Origin: an uncultured Planctomycetota bacterium
Lineage (GTDB): Bacteria > Planctomycetota > Planctomycetia > Isosphaerales > Isosphaeraceae
Direction: 5' to 3'
Assembly (NCBI GenBank): GCA_963823665.1
Contig: CAWGMQ010000006.1
Location: forward strand, 1,088,001-1,152,000
DNA length: 64,000 nt
Program-made: the position numbers and the translations under genes
Notes under the pieces: model-generated
The model's database searches: none
What the model saw: only the letters and a program-made list of their open reading frames with translations
What the model was told of the DNA's origin: nothing
Shown here: positions 53,117 to 63,002 of the stretch, one piece after another
How positions within the stretch are numbered: position 1 is the stretch's first letter
How the letters are laid out: every line of letters begins with the position of its first letter

Positions 53117-56100
53117 ATGGCGCGACCCGACTCGCGCGAACATAGTGAGCCAACGATGGACCCGCCCGACAAATCTGGCACCGCCAAGAATTCGGGCCTC
53201 GTCGGCGAGCCGTCGCCGAACACGACGCGAGAGATCCCCGCGAGCCCGTCGCAGCCGGTGAGTGCTTTCGACGAGACAGCGGACCTCACGCCCGGGCCGC
53301 CAACCTCGCCGGCTGTCGCAGAGGTTGCGCCATCAACTGCGGAGCTGGCGGCGCCCCAGCCGATCGCGTTCGGCCGCTACGAGGTGCGGCAAACCCTTGG
53401 GACCGGCGGCTTCGGAACGGTCTACCTCGGACACGACACGCAGTTGCATCGTTCTGTGGCCATCAAGGTCGTCCGCGGCGGCCGTGGCGTGGGGCCGGAC
53501 CGGGCCGAGCTATTTCTGCAGGAGGCCCGCAGGCTCGCTCGGCTGTCCCACCCTGGTATCGTGACGGTCCATGATGTCGGCCTGCACGAGGGTGACGTCT
53601 ACATCGTCTCTGATTATCTCGAGGGTCCTGACCTGGCGGAATGGCTGAATCGCCACGTTCCGAGCTGGCAAATGGCAGCACGCATCGTGGCCGCCGTCGC
53701 TGATGCGCTCGCGCACGCCCATTCCCGGCTCACGGTGCACCGCGACGTCAAGCCGGCGAACATCATCCTCACATCGGACCGCGGCCCCGTGCTCGTTGAC
53801 TTCGGGCTCGGGCTCGATGAGGCTGTCTCGGCCAAGGGCGAGCGTGGTGTGATCTCGGGCACGCCGGCGTACATGGCGCCTGAGCAGGTCGCCGGAGTCG
53901 CGCACCGCATCGACGGCCGAACTGACATCTACAGCCTGGGCGTGGTGCTCTACGAGCTGCTATGCGGCCGCGTGCCGTTCCGCTCGGGTGACCTGCGGGA
54001 GCTGCTGCGGCAGGTTCGCGATGATGAGCCGCAGCCCCCGCGACAACTCGCCCGCGACGTGCCGAGCGACCTCGAACGCGCGTGCCTCAAGGCGCTCGCG
54101 AAGAAGCTGCATGACCGCTACACCACCGCGGCGGATTTCGCCGATGACTTGCGGCGCGCGAGCGGATCGACCTTCGCCGGCCCGTCCGCGCAATCGACGT
54201 GGATCCTTGCAACCGAGCCCGCGACCGTCGAGTCGCACGAGACCGGGCCGGCCTTGTCCCAGCAGAGCGCCCTGGCGCAGACGTCATCGCGCCGGCGTGC
54301 CCGCGAGGCTGAGCGCCGGCAGGTTACCGTCCTGGCTTGCGGTTGCGATATGTTTGAATCCGACGCGTATCTGGAGTATCTCGACGCGGAGGGCCAGGCC
54401 GACGTTCTGAGCGCCTTCCAGCACGCTTGCGAATCGGCTGTGCAGCCGTACGACGCGACCGTCCTCCAGTGCAACGAGCAAGGTTTGCTCTTGTGCTTTG
54501 GCTACCCGGTGGCCCAGGAGGATGCCGCACAACTCGCGGCGCGCACGGGACTGGCCCTTCTCGACGCAATGAAGGAATTCGGCGCGTGGCTGAGGCGCGA
54601 GCGGAAGCTTGACTTCAATCCGCGAGTTGCCATTCACACCGGGCCGGCCGTCGTCGAAACCGTGGACGAAGTGGTCTCGCTCGTGGGGGAAGCGCACAGT
54701 GTGGCCGTCCGGCTGGCGGATGTTGCCGAGCCTGGCCAGGTGCTCTTGACGGCCGCCACGCGCCGCTTGATTCGCGGTGACGTCGAAAGCACCTCCCTGG
54801 GCCACAGAAAGCTCAAGGGTGTGACCCAGCCCGTCGAGGTGCTCCTGTTACAGTCCGTAGGCGACCAGCTCAACGTCATGGAGGCGGCCGAGCACGCGGG
54901 GTTCACGCCGATGCTGGGCCGCGACCACGAGGTGAGCCTGCTCAAGGACCGCTGGGAACAAGCGCAGGAAGGCACGGGGCAGGTCGTGCTCATCATCGGC
55001 GAGCCGGGGCTGGGCAAGTCGCGGCTGGTGCATACGATCAAACAGTATGTTCGCGGGCATGCCGGCGAACCGGGCGGCTCCGCGGCCGCGCGGGCCGGCC
55101 GGCCGGGCTCGGGTGACCCCAAGCCCAGAGAGGCCTCGCCGGTCATCGGGTGGCGCTGTTCGCCGCATTACCAGAACACGAGCCTTCACCCCATCCGCGA
55201 CTTCTTCGAGCGGCTCGTCGGCGTCGGACCGTCCGACCCTCCGCCGGCCCGCTTCGACCGCCTGGTCCGCCATCTCGCAGAGTACGCGCTCGATCGGCCG
55301 GACATCGTGCCGCTCTTCGCGTCGCTCTTGTCCCTCCCTCCGGATGAGCGTTTTCCCCCGCTCGGTCTCCCCTCGATTCGTGAGCGCGAAGAAACGTTTC
55401 AGGCCATGTGCGAGTGGTTGCGCGCCTATTCCGAGCGCCGGCCCGTTCTGTTCGTTGTCGAGGATCTGCACTGGATTGACGCGTCCACTCTCGAGTTTCT
55501 GGGACGGTTTCTCGCCGAGGGCCAGTACGACCGTGTTCTGACTCTTCTCACGTTCCGGCCCGAGTTTCAGCCGTCGTGGCCGGCGGTCGCGCACCAGACA
55601 ACGCTGGCCCTGAACCGCCTCACACGGCGCCAGGTGGGCGAGCTCATCCGACAGAAAACAGGGGAGAAGACGCCGGAATCCGTCGTCGAGCAAATCTACG
55701 ATCGGACCGGCGGCGTGCCTCTGTTCGTCGAAGAATTCACGAAGCTGGTCCAGGAGGCCGGTATCCTCGACCTTGCCGGTGACGACAGCACGCGCTTGAA
55801 AACCATGCTCGCCCACGAAATACCGGCCACGCTTCAGGACCTGGTCGCAGCCCGGTTGGACCGCATGGAGGGCGATCGCGATGTCGCGCTCTTGGCCGCG
55901 ACGCTCGGACGTGAGTTCAGCTACGACCTGCTCGCGGCCGTCGCGACCGTGGACGAGGCGACGCTCCAGGCAGAGCTGGGCAAGCTGGTGGAGGCAGAGA
56001 TCCTTTATGCGAAAGGGCGTCCACCGCGGTGCTCGTATCTCTTCAAACATGCGCTCCTGGAAGACGCTCTGTACAATACGCTCGTGAAGGGGAAGCGCCA

Positions 56101-57502
56101 GCAGTTCCACCGTCGCGTCGCCCTTGCGATGGAGGCGCGGCTGGAGCTGCCCGGCGCCACGCAACCGGAGTTGCTCGCCCACCACTTCACCGAGGCAGGC
56201 CTCCTCGACCAGGCGATCGGCTACTGGCTGAAGGCGGGCCTGCGCTCGCGGGAGCGTTCGGCCGAAGTCGAGGCGATCGTCCACTTGAGAAAAGGGCTCG
56301 AGCTGGTCGACTCCCTGGAGGAATCCCCGGCGCGGGACGCCCGGCGGCTCGAGCTGCTCTCCCCGCTGGGCGTCGCGTACCTCGCGGTACGCGGCTACGC
56401 CGCGCCCGAAGTCGGGCCGGTCTTCCGCCAGGCGCGAGAACTCTGCGAGCACGTCGGCCAGCCTCGCGAACTCTTCGCGCTCATGCTCGGCATCTGGGAG
56501 TGGCACACGGTGCGCGGCGATCTGCGTCTTTGCGGCGAGCTCGCTGTCGAGGGAATGGAATTCGCCCGGCGGTCAGCGGACCCGGGCATCATGATGGAAG
56601 CACTGTTCATGTCGGGTGAGACGATGCTCTATCGCGCCCAGTTTTCGGGCGCTCGAGCGAGCTTCGCGGCCGCCGTTACCGAATACGATGACCGGGATCG
56701 CACGAGATTCTGGGCTGTCCACACCGGCCACAATGCGGGCATCACCCATCGCAGCAATCTCGCGGTGTCTCTATGGCACCTGGGTTACCCGGATCGGGCG
56801 CTCGAGTTAAATCGCGAGATGCTCCAGCTTGCTCGCGAGATCAGCCATCCGTTTAGCCTCGCATACGCCTTGCACCACACGGCCTGGCTCAACCAGTGTT
56901 GCGGGCTCGGGGCCGCGGTCCAATCGGCCGCCGAGGAGCTGATCGAGGTGGCGACCGCGCAGGGCTTCGCTCTCTGGCGCGCCACGGGAACCTTCTTCAA
57001 TGGTGCCGGAAAGCTCTTGCAGGGCCGAACGGAGGACGCGTTGCCGCTGCTAGTGAGTGGCATTGATGCTTTCCGGGCCACCGGTGCTGAGCTGACCCTC
57101 ACATTTCAGCTCAGTACGCTGGGTGACGCGCACACACAGGCGGGCCGGTTCGACGAGGCGCGAGAGGCGCTGAATCTTGCCCTGGCCATCGCGGAAGAGA
57201 ACGACGAGCGCTGCCATGAGGCGGAGCTGTACCGACTGAGCGGGGCGTTGCTGCTAGCCGAAGCTCCCGAACGGAGAAGCGCCGCCGAGGAGTGCTTCCG
57301 CCGCGCGATCGACACCGCCCGGAGTCAGGAAAGCAAGGGATGGGAGCTGCGTGCCACGATGAGCCTCGCCCGGTTCCGGATACGAGAGGGCCGTCGCGGC
57401 GAAGCCCATCAGTCGCTGGCCGCCGTCGTCGCGACGTACACCGAGGGATGGACGACGCCGGACCTGGTCGAGGCCGCAAAGCTGGTGGAAAGCATGGCGT
57501 GA
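53117..57502 (+). CDS. Ser/Thr kinase - degenerate adenylate/guanylate cyclase-like domain - AAA/STAND-type ATPase - TPR protein
   Basis: GTGGFG, HRDVKPAN, DFG and GTPAYMAPEQ; ERRQVTVL..FGYPVAQED..IHTG; GEPGLGKS, VEDLHWID and TGGVPLFVEE; C-terminal ELRATMSLARF. Start may be 53156. Confidence 0.93.
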   Translation: MARPDSREHSEPTMDPPDKSGTAKNSGLVGEPSPNTTREIPASPSQPVSAFDETADLTPGPPTSPAVAEVAPSTAELAAPQPIAFGRYEVRQTLGTGGFGTVYLGHDTQLHRSVAIKVVRGGRGVGPDRAELFLQEARRLARLSHPGIVTVHDVGLHEGDVYIVSDYLEGPDLAEWLNRHVPSWQMAARIVAAVADALAHAHSRLTVHRDVKPANIILTSDRGPVLVDFGLGLDEAVSAKGERGVISGTPAYMAPEQVAGVAHRIDGRTDIYSLGVVLYELLCGRVPFRSGDLRELLRQVRDDEPQPPRQLARDVPSDLERACLKALAKKLHDRYTTAADFADDLRRASGSTFAGPSAQSTWILATEPATVESHETGPALSQQSALAQTSSRRRAREAERRQVTVLACGCDMFESDAYLEYLDAEGQADVLSAFQHACESAVQPYDATVLQCNEQGLLLCFGYPVAQEDAAQLAARTGLALLDAMKEFGAWLRRERKLDFNPRVAIHTGPAVVETVDEVVSLVGEAHSVAVRLADVAEPGQVLLTAATRRLIRGDVESTSLGHRKLKGVTQPVEVLLLQSVGDQLNVMEAAEHAGFTPMLGRDHEVSLLKDRWEQAQEGTGQVVLIIGEPGLGKSRLVHTIKQYVRGHAGEPGGSAAARAGRPGSGDPKPREASPVIGWRCSPHYQNTSLHPIRDFFERLVGVGPSDPPPARFDRLVRHLAEYALDRPDIVPLFASLLSLPPDERFPPLGLPSIREREETFQAMCEWLRAYSERRPVLFVVEDLHWIDASTLEFLGRFLAEGQYDRVLTLLTFRPEFQPSWPAVAHQTTLALNRLTRRQVGELIRQKTGEKTPESVVEQIYDRTGGVPLFVEEFTKLVQEAGILDLAGDDSTRLKTMLAHEIPATLQDLVAARLDRMEGDRDVALLAATLGREFSYDLLAAVATVDEATLQAELGKLVEAEILYAKGRPPRCSYLFKHALLEDALYNTLVKGKRQQFHRRVALAMEARLELPGATQPELLAHHFTEAGLLDQAIGYWLKAGLRSRERSAEVEAIVHLRKGLELVDSLEESPARDARRLELLSPLGVAYLAVRGYAAPEVGPVFRQARELCEHVGQPRELFALMLGIWEWHTVRGDLRLCGELAVEGMEFARRSADPGIMMEALFMSGETMLYRAQFSGARASFAAAVTEYDDRDRTRFWAVHTGHNAGITHRSNLAVSLWHLGYPDRALELNREMLQLAREISHPFSLAYALHHTAWLNQCCGLGAAVQSAAEELIEVATAQGFALWRATGTFFNGAGKLLQGRTEDALPLLVSGIDAFRATGAELTLTFQLSTLGDAHTQAGRFDEAREALNLALAIAEENDERCHEAELYRLSGALLLAEAPERRSAAEECFRRAIDTARSQESKGWELRATMSLARFRIREGRRGEAHQSLAAVVATYTEGWTTPDLVEAAKLVESMA

Positions 57503-57596
57503 CGACAGTGACGTGTAGCCGGAGGTCGGGCAGATCGGATACCCTCAACTTGGCCCGTTGCGGCTTCGTAGTCCCGTTATTCAATTGGAAACGCCA

Positions 57597-57800
57597 ATGC
57601 TGAGTGCACGCAACCAGCTCCCCGCCACGATCAAGACCGTGAAGCTCGGCAACGTGATGGCCGAGGTGGTGATGACCGTGGGGGGAGTCGAGATCGTCGC
57701 CGCCATCACCCGTGAATCCGCCGAGAACATGGGGCTCAAAACCGGAGATTCGGTGAAGGCCGTGATCAAGTCGACTGAGGTGATGATCGACAAGCCCTGA
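57597..57800 (+). CDS. TOBE/Mop molybdate-binding domain protein (molbindin-like)
   Basis: MLSARNQL..GNVMAEV..AAITRESAENMGLKTGD.V.AVIKSTEVMI. Confidence 0.9.
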   Translation: MLSARNQLPATIKTVKLGNVMAEVVMTVGGVEIVAAITRESAENMGLKTGDSVKAVIKSTEVMIDKP

Positions 57801-57839
57801 CCGCGACGTTGTCGATTCCAAGCACGGTTCAGAACATGA

Positions 57840-58367
57840 TCATGCCCGCCCGATCTTGAGCGCGATGACCTGCCGAACCCAGCGTGCGTGTTTCTTTTCA
57901 CCGGGCACGATGACCTGAAGCGGGCCGTGTTTCTCGTCGAGCGCTTTCTTGTCTTTCTGATCGGCGAGCAGGATGATGCGGTCGGTGAAGCCGGGGTCGA
58001 GCTCGGGTAGTGCGTAGACAGCCCGATAGCCGTCGGAGGCTTCGACCACCAAGTAGTTGGCGAGTGCCTTACCGCGCAGGCCCTCGCCGAATTTGAGGCC
58101 CGCGGCCTTCAGCACGTCCACCAGTGCGACTCCATCGTAATCAGCCTCTTTGCCCTCGTGGTCCTTGGCATGGACGCTCTGGCGGGGAAGCTTGGCGAAT
58201 TCCTCTGCCGTCAAATCGAGTGGACGCTCGGCTTCGCCCTTCACACTGAGAAAAGGACGAGGCTCCGCGCTCTTCGCTTTCGGCCGATCCTGGCCCGTGG
58301 CGACGGAATGGTGGGTCAATATCGCCAGGACCAAAAGAAGCCAGGGCGCCCGTGAACGGGTCATCAT
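57840..58367 (-). CDS. Exported molybdopterin-dependent oxidoreductase-like single-domain protein
   Basis: Signal peptide; LPRQSV..YDGVALVDVL, VEASDGYRAVYALPELD and GPLQVIVPGEK..RWVRQV motifs; AAGGAG RBS. Confidence 0.82.
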   Translation of the reverse strand: MMTRSRAPWLLLVLAILTHHSVATGQDRPKAKSAEPRPFLSVKGEAERPLDLTAEEFAKLPRQSVHAKDHEGKEADYDGVALVDVLKAAGLKFGEGLRGKALANYLVVEASDGYRAVYALPELDPGFTDRIILLADQKDKKALDEKHGPLQVIVPGEKKHARWVRQVIALKIGRA

Positions 58368-58696
58368 ACTCGATCTCCTTTGAATGGCGGTCGTCAAAAG
58401 TATTGCAATTGGTCAAGCGTTAATGAGCGAGACGACGGCGCGTCTGCGCCATGCCTTCAGCGTAACGCACGAGCATCGGCGCGACCAGTCATGCCGATCA
58501 GCTCAAACTTGACGCCCGCCTGGCCCAGCTCCTGCGGCATCGCGCCGCCAGAAGACATGAACGAGCGGCAATGAATCTTCATCTTCTCCGGGAACAAGCT
58601 TGGCCGGCCGAGGCGGGCGCAGCGAGCCTTCTCGGATGGTCATGATGTCGCCCTCGATCGAGAAAAGTCAGATTCTTGAAGCTTTGGAAGTCCGGC

Positions 58697-61591
58697 TCAT
58701 CGCTCGATCCGCAGGCCTGGGCACGCCTGCTGGAGCGCTGCAACGCCCGCCGCCGTCACCCCGACGCCTGTGATCGTCAACCGCTTCAGGTTTTTGAGCG
58801 CGACCAGTCGCGCCAGCCCGACGTCCGTGACCCGGGTCCCGCTCAGGTGCAAATGGACGAGTTTGTTGAGACCGATGACCAGCGACGCGAGCGCGGCATC
58901 CGTGACCTTGGTGTTGTTCAAGAACAGGACCTTGAGACCGTGCACGTTCTTGAGCGGCGCGAGATCGGAGTCGGTGACTTCGGTGTTCGCCAGGCTGAGC
59001 GTTTCCAGGCCGTCGAGCGCTTGCAATCGCGCCAGACCAGCGCCGGTGATCGGGAGGTTCTGGAGGTACAGGCGATCGAGGCCGGTCAGCCCGCTGAGAT
59101 GCGCCAAACCGGCGTCGGTCACTCTGGTTCCAGTGAGGTCCAGTGTCATCTTGCAGGTCAGGCCCCTGAGTGACACCAGCCCGGCGTCGGTGACCTTGGT
59201 CCCACCGAGGTTCAGATACAGGGTTTGGAGCCCACTCAGAATCCCTTTCAGATGCGCGAGCCCGGCGTCGCTGACGTCGGCACCGTCGCCCGTGTGGACG
59301 GGCCTGAAATCCTGGGCGATCCCGCGCGGGTCGAGGTTTAGCGATAAATCGCGCAGACCCGTCAGTCCCTTGAGGTGGGCCAGCCCGGCATCGGTCACGG
59401 TCGTCGAAACGATCACCAGGCTCTCGAGGTTCTTGATCGCCCCGGCGCGCGCCAGGTCGGCCTCGGACAGTTTGGCGCCCAGTTCGATATGCAACCCGGT
59501 TTTCTCGGGCTGCAAGTCACCCGCCTCTCTTTCGTTCACGGAATCGGCTTTGATGACCGCGCCGGCCTTCTTCGCAGCCTCGATGAACCTGGCACCATCG
59601 AAGATATCTTTCGGGAACTCGCCGGGCCTGAGAGGCGTGATCTCGATGCGCTGAGTGTACAGCTCGCCTCTGTCTTTGTCGTCCGGCTTCGGGACCATCT
59701 CGGCCTCCGCCAAGCTCCTTTGCCGCCGTAGCTCCCAGGCCGTGACGTACCACGCACCGCTCGCCAACTGCTTGAAGCGCACGGCGCGTCGATCGTTTCT
59801 GTCCCACTTCCCAGCGTTCTTTTGCCACTCCAGATGCCGGACTGCGATGAAGTCCCTCGCCGGGTCGATGGTGAACTCGTCTCGGAAATCTCCGCTCGCG
59901 GTCCTGATCGTGAGGCACCCTGGCGGAGTGTCGGCGAGCGGCGGAATGGCCGACACCTCGCTGCGGTTCCAGTGGGCGGCGGGCCAATCTGCCTCCATCA
60001 GCGCGGGCAGGCTGTCGAAGCCGCCCCGTAGCACCTTGATGCGGATTCGTGGCGGAATGCCCGACCCCAAGTAAGTGCGCATGCCGTCGAAGAGCCTGAT
60101 GTTGTTGGACTTGTCGTACGGGAACCACGCGGCAATCCGGTCCACCGGCAGATCGGATTGGCGGTCGCCGAGGAGGGCAATCTTGACGTCCTGCGGCAGG
60201 TCGGACAGATCCTGATGATCCGCGACCAAGTGTCGGGGACGGTGGTTGTGGAGGTCGAAGGTCGCGTCGCTCGTAATCTGCTCGCTCCAGAGCTGGATGA
60301 ACTCAGCGGAAGCAGACCAGTACTCGAGAAGGAGTCGACCTTCAAAGTCATAGGTCACCGCGCGGAAGTGCCGGGGGAATCGGCGGATCGCCGCGGCCTG
60401 CCCGGCGATCGCGCGCCGGACGTTCTGGGCCTGGTCGCCCCACTTCGACGACCGCTCGGTCTTCTCCTTTTCGACCACCGGCGTCCCCCTGGGGATCCCG
60501 AGGGCGAACAGGTCCCTCGGACCGTCCTCGGGATACTCGAACTCGGTGGTCGCAAACTCTTTCTTGAACTGATACTGAAGGGCGACCTCAAGGCGTTCGC
60601 GACGCCGGAACAGACGCTTCGTTTGCAGATCGAACCAGAACTGTTTCTCCAGTCTCGTCTGGCCGAGCACGTCGCGGCTGTACCGATCGGTACGTCCGTA
60701 GCTGCGGCCGCCGATGGTCTCGATATCGTAGTCCACGAAGGAATTGGTCTTGCGCTCCTGCTCAGTGGCGTGGCGTGGCAGCCCACGATAATAGCTCTCG
60801 TCCACTTTGAGTATGACGTCATAGACCGTGGGAGGAATGAGTCGGCCGTCGCGATCCGTTATGTAGACGTCGTCGGAGTCCTTCGTCTTGACGATCGATC
60901 CCCGGCCTTCATAGGTGTAACGGTCGTGTTTGATGATGTCGACGAGCGATACCTTGTCCGCCGCCTTCGTGAATTGCCGCCCGTCGTCCAGGTTGACCCA
61001 GACTTCCTCGCCGGTGTCGTTCCTGAGGTGGACCCACCGGACCCGAGCGGCGTCGGGCGCGGGCTCGGCCGTTTTCCCATTCGCCCCTGGCCGAGCCTGA
61101 GCGCCGGCCGGGGGGCCGTCGCGCTGGCCGGGAGCGGCGGCCCATGCCACGGTCAGGCCGGCGCCCGCGATCAGGAAGGCCGCGAGTTTCACGTGCTTGG
61201 TCCGTGTCATCGTCCGGAGCACGGCCGCGGCGAGCCGACCGGCAGGCGACGTCACCGGCAGCCCCGTAGCTGTCGCAGCTCGAGTGGCCGCTTCGACCCA
61301 GCCGGCCGGTATGGGACCGGTCCTCACCAGCGGTGTGGCAAGCGGGCCGACTGCGCCCGCAAGGCCAGACCGATCCAGCCGCCTCTTCAGACGCTCGTGG
61401 GCCCCGGCCAGCCGGCGCAGCGTCGCCTCGCCGCATCCCAGCTCCCGCGCCGCCTCCGACTGCGTCAACCCCTCCAGGTCGCACAGGACCACCGCCCGGC
61501 GCATGGCCTCCGGCAGCCGCGCGATCTCCTCGTGCAGCTCCGAATTCCAGCAATCCTCGGTTGCGCCGTATCGTCCTGCGATCGCATCCAT
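58697..61591 (-). CDS. ECF-sigma region-4 / transmembrane / extracytoplasmic / leucine-rich-repeat fusion lacking sigma region 2
   Basis: LHEEIARLPEAMRRAVVLCDLEGLTQSEAARELG at the N-terminus, hydrophobic LAAFLIAGAGLTVAWAAA, C-terminal VTDAGLAHL.GL..L..L.L repeats. Confidence 0.8.
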   Translation of the reverse strand: MDAIAGRYGATEDCWNSELHEEIARLPEAMRRAVVLCDLEGLTQSEAARELGCGEATLRRLAGAHERLKRRLDRSGLAGAVGPLATPLVRTGPIPAGWVEAATRAATATGLPVTSPAGRLAAAVLRTMTRTKHVKLAAFLIAGAGLTVAWAAAPGQRDGPPAGAQARPGANGKTAEPAPDAARVRWVHLRNDTGEEVWVNLDDGRQFTKAADKVSLVDIIKHDRYTYEGRGSIVKTKDSDDVYITDRDGRLIPPTVYDVILKVDESYYRGLPRHATEQERKTNSFVDYDIETIGGRSYGRTDRYSRDVLGQTRLEKQFWFDLQTKRLFRRRERLEVALQYQFKKEFATTEFEYPEDGPRDLFALGIPRGTPVVEKEKTERSSKWGDQAQNVRRAIAGQAAAIRRFPRHFRAVTYDFEGRLLLEYWSASAEFIQLWSEQITSDATFDLHNHRPRHLVADHQDLSDLPQDVKIALLGDRQSDLPVDRIAAWFPYDKSNNIRLFDGMRTYLGSGIPPRIRIKVLRGGFDSLPALMEADWPAAHWNRSEVSAIPPLADTPPGCLTIRTASGDFRDEFTIDPARDFIAVRHLEWQKNAGKWDRNDRRAVRFKQLASGAWYVTAWELRRQRSLAEAEMVPKPDDKDRGELYTQRIEITPLRPGEFPKDIFDGARFIEAAKKAGAVIKADSVNEREAGDLQPEKTGLHIELGAKLSEADLARAGAIKNLESLVIVSTTVTDAGLAHLKGLTGLRDLSLNLDPRGIAQDFRPVHTGDGADVSDAGLAHLKGILSGLQTLYLNLGGTKVTDAGLVSLRGLTCKMTLDLTGTRVTDAGLAHLSGLTGLDRLYLQNLPITGAGLARLQALDGLETLSLANTEVTDSDLAPLKNVHGLKVLFLNNTKVTDAALASLVIGLNKLVHLHLSGTRVTDVGLARLVALKNLKRLTITGVGVTAAGVAALQQACPGLRIER

Positions 61592-61608
61592 CTGAATACC
61601 CCCTACCG

Positions 61609-62961
61609 TCAGCGCGTCTCCGCGCCGGCGAGCGGACGATCGGCCATAAACCGGGGCTCGAGCTCGGCTGGCTCACCAGTCGGCTTCGGCGCGGTGCCGG
61701 GCTCGTAGAGGATCACCAAGCCGTCAACGTCGCGATCCACACGTCCGAGCAATCTCGTGAATGAATTCCGGTCTAGCGAGCGGTTAAGTGCGGAGAGACG
61801 ATAACCCGAGGAGGCGTAGCTACGATCGGCGAACGAGACCCACACCTTTGCCGACGTCGTGGGCACGCCGCGGAGCTCGAAGCGCCCATCGGCATTGACA
61901 GGGCAGCCGATCGAGTCCCAGTTCCAGTCACCCACCCCCACAAACACAACGGCGCCGTCTGGTACCGGCCGGCCGTCGGCGAACTCGATTCGCCCGGCCA
62001 CCTTGTGGCCAGGCTCGACCGAAATGTCACCCGCCTCGACCTCCACGGCGTCGGGGGCGACTTTCACGTGCCGCGGCGGAATCGCTCCGAAATTCTGCAG
62101 AGTCGCCATCGTAAAGAAGAGATCGTACTCGCCGTCTCGCGGGATGTTGTCGAACCGGAAGCGGCCACGGTCGTCGGTGGTTGCCTGCCAGTGGCCGAGG
62201 AATTCCGTTTTAATGGCCACGTCCTCCCCCGGCCGGCCCCGGTAAATAAGTTCCGGGGGGATTGTGCTTGTAGAACGCGGCTTGATGACCACTCCCTCCA
62301 GCGGCCGGCCCCGGTAGAGCACCCGGCCGGACATGGTGCTGCCCTCGTTGAGTCGTACGGAAGTCACCTCATCATTGCGCAGGGGCATGATGCGCGTGGC
62401 CAGGCCGGGCGCCTCCACTCGTATCGCTTCCGGCGCACCCACCAGAGAATCTTTGGCGTTCGACTTCACGACGAAGCGGCCCATCGCGTCGGTTCGTATC
62501 GGTTTCGGCCGCTTCCCACGCAAGCAGAGCGGCGTGACGGTGGCCCTTGCTACGGGTGACCCATCCGCGTCAAGAACCTGACCCGCGAACGTTCGCGTGC
62601 CCGCGGCCTTGGACGCCAGATCCTTGGCGTCCGGCGAAACACCCGAAACGGCCGCCGGCCTGTCGGAGACAGGAACGTTCCGTTCGTCTCGTCCGCCCTC
62701 TGGACGGGCGTTGGCCCAAGAATCGAGCGCCGAGCGCAGCTCCGCGGAATAGCGCAGCTTCTCGGAATGGAGGAGCGTCCCGATCTCAGTCTCGACCAGT
62801 ATCGAGCCGAAGGTGACGGACTCCGATAACGTGTTGACGGCCGCGATGGATTCGAAGACGACTGGGATCGCCATCGCCCCGTCGGGCTTCGCCTCGTCCG
62901 CCCTGTTGGCGAGGCCGGGCGGGATGATGGCGACGAAGGCTAGCACTCCGATGATCCGCAT
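61609..62961 (-). CDS. Exported protein with carboxypeptidase-regulatory-like (Ig-type) domains
   Basis: Signal peptide MRIIGVLAFVAIIP with AAGGAG RBS; repeated G.V.D.DG.PV..A and TD..GRF.F motifs. Confidence 0.78.
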   Translation of the reverse strand: MRIIGVLAFVAIIPPGLANRADEAKPDGAMAIPVVFESIAAVNTLSESVTFGSILVETEIGTLLHSEKLRYSAELRSALDSWANARPEGGRDERNVPVSDRPAAVSGVSPDAKDLASKAAGTRTFAGQVLDADGSPVARATVTPLCLRGKRPKPIRTDAMGRFVVKSNAKDSLVGAPEAIRVEAPGLATRIMPLRNDEVTSVRLNEGSTMSGRVLYRGRPLEGVVIKPRSTSTIPPELIYRGRPGEDVAIKTEFLGHWQATTDDRGRFRFDNIPRDGEYDLFFTMATLQNFGAIPPRHVKVAPDAVEVEAGDISVEPGHKVAGRIEFADGRPVPDGAVVFVGVGDWNWDSIGCPVNADGRFELRGVPTTSAKVWVSFADRSYASSGYRLSALNRSLDRNSFTRLLGRVDRDVDGLVILYEPGTAPKPTGEPAELEPRFMADRPLAGAETR

Positions 62962-63002
62962 CGCAATCTCCTTCTGATGTGACCGCAGCGCCGGCCGGTG
63001 GG

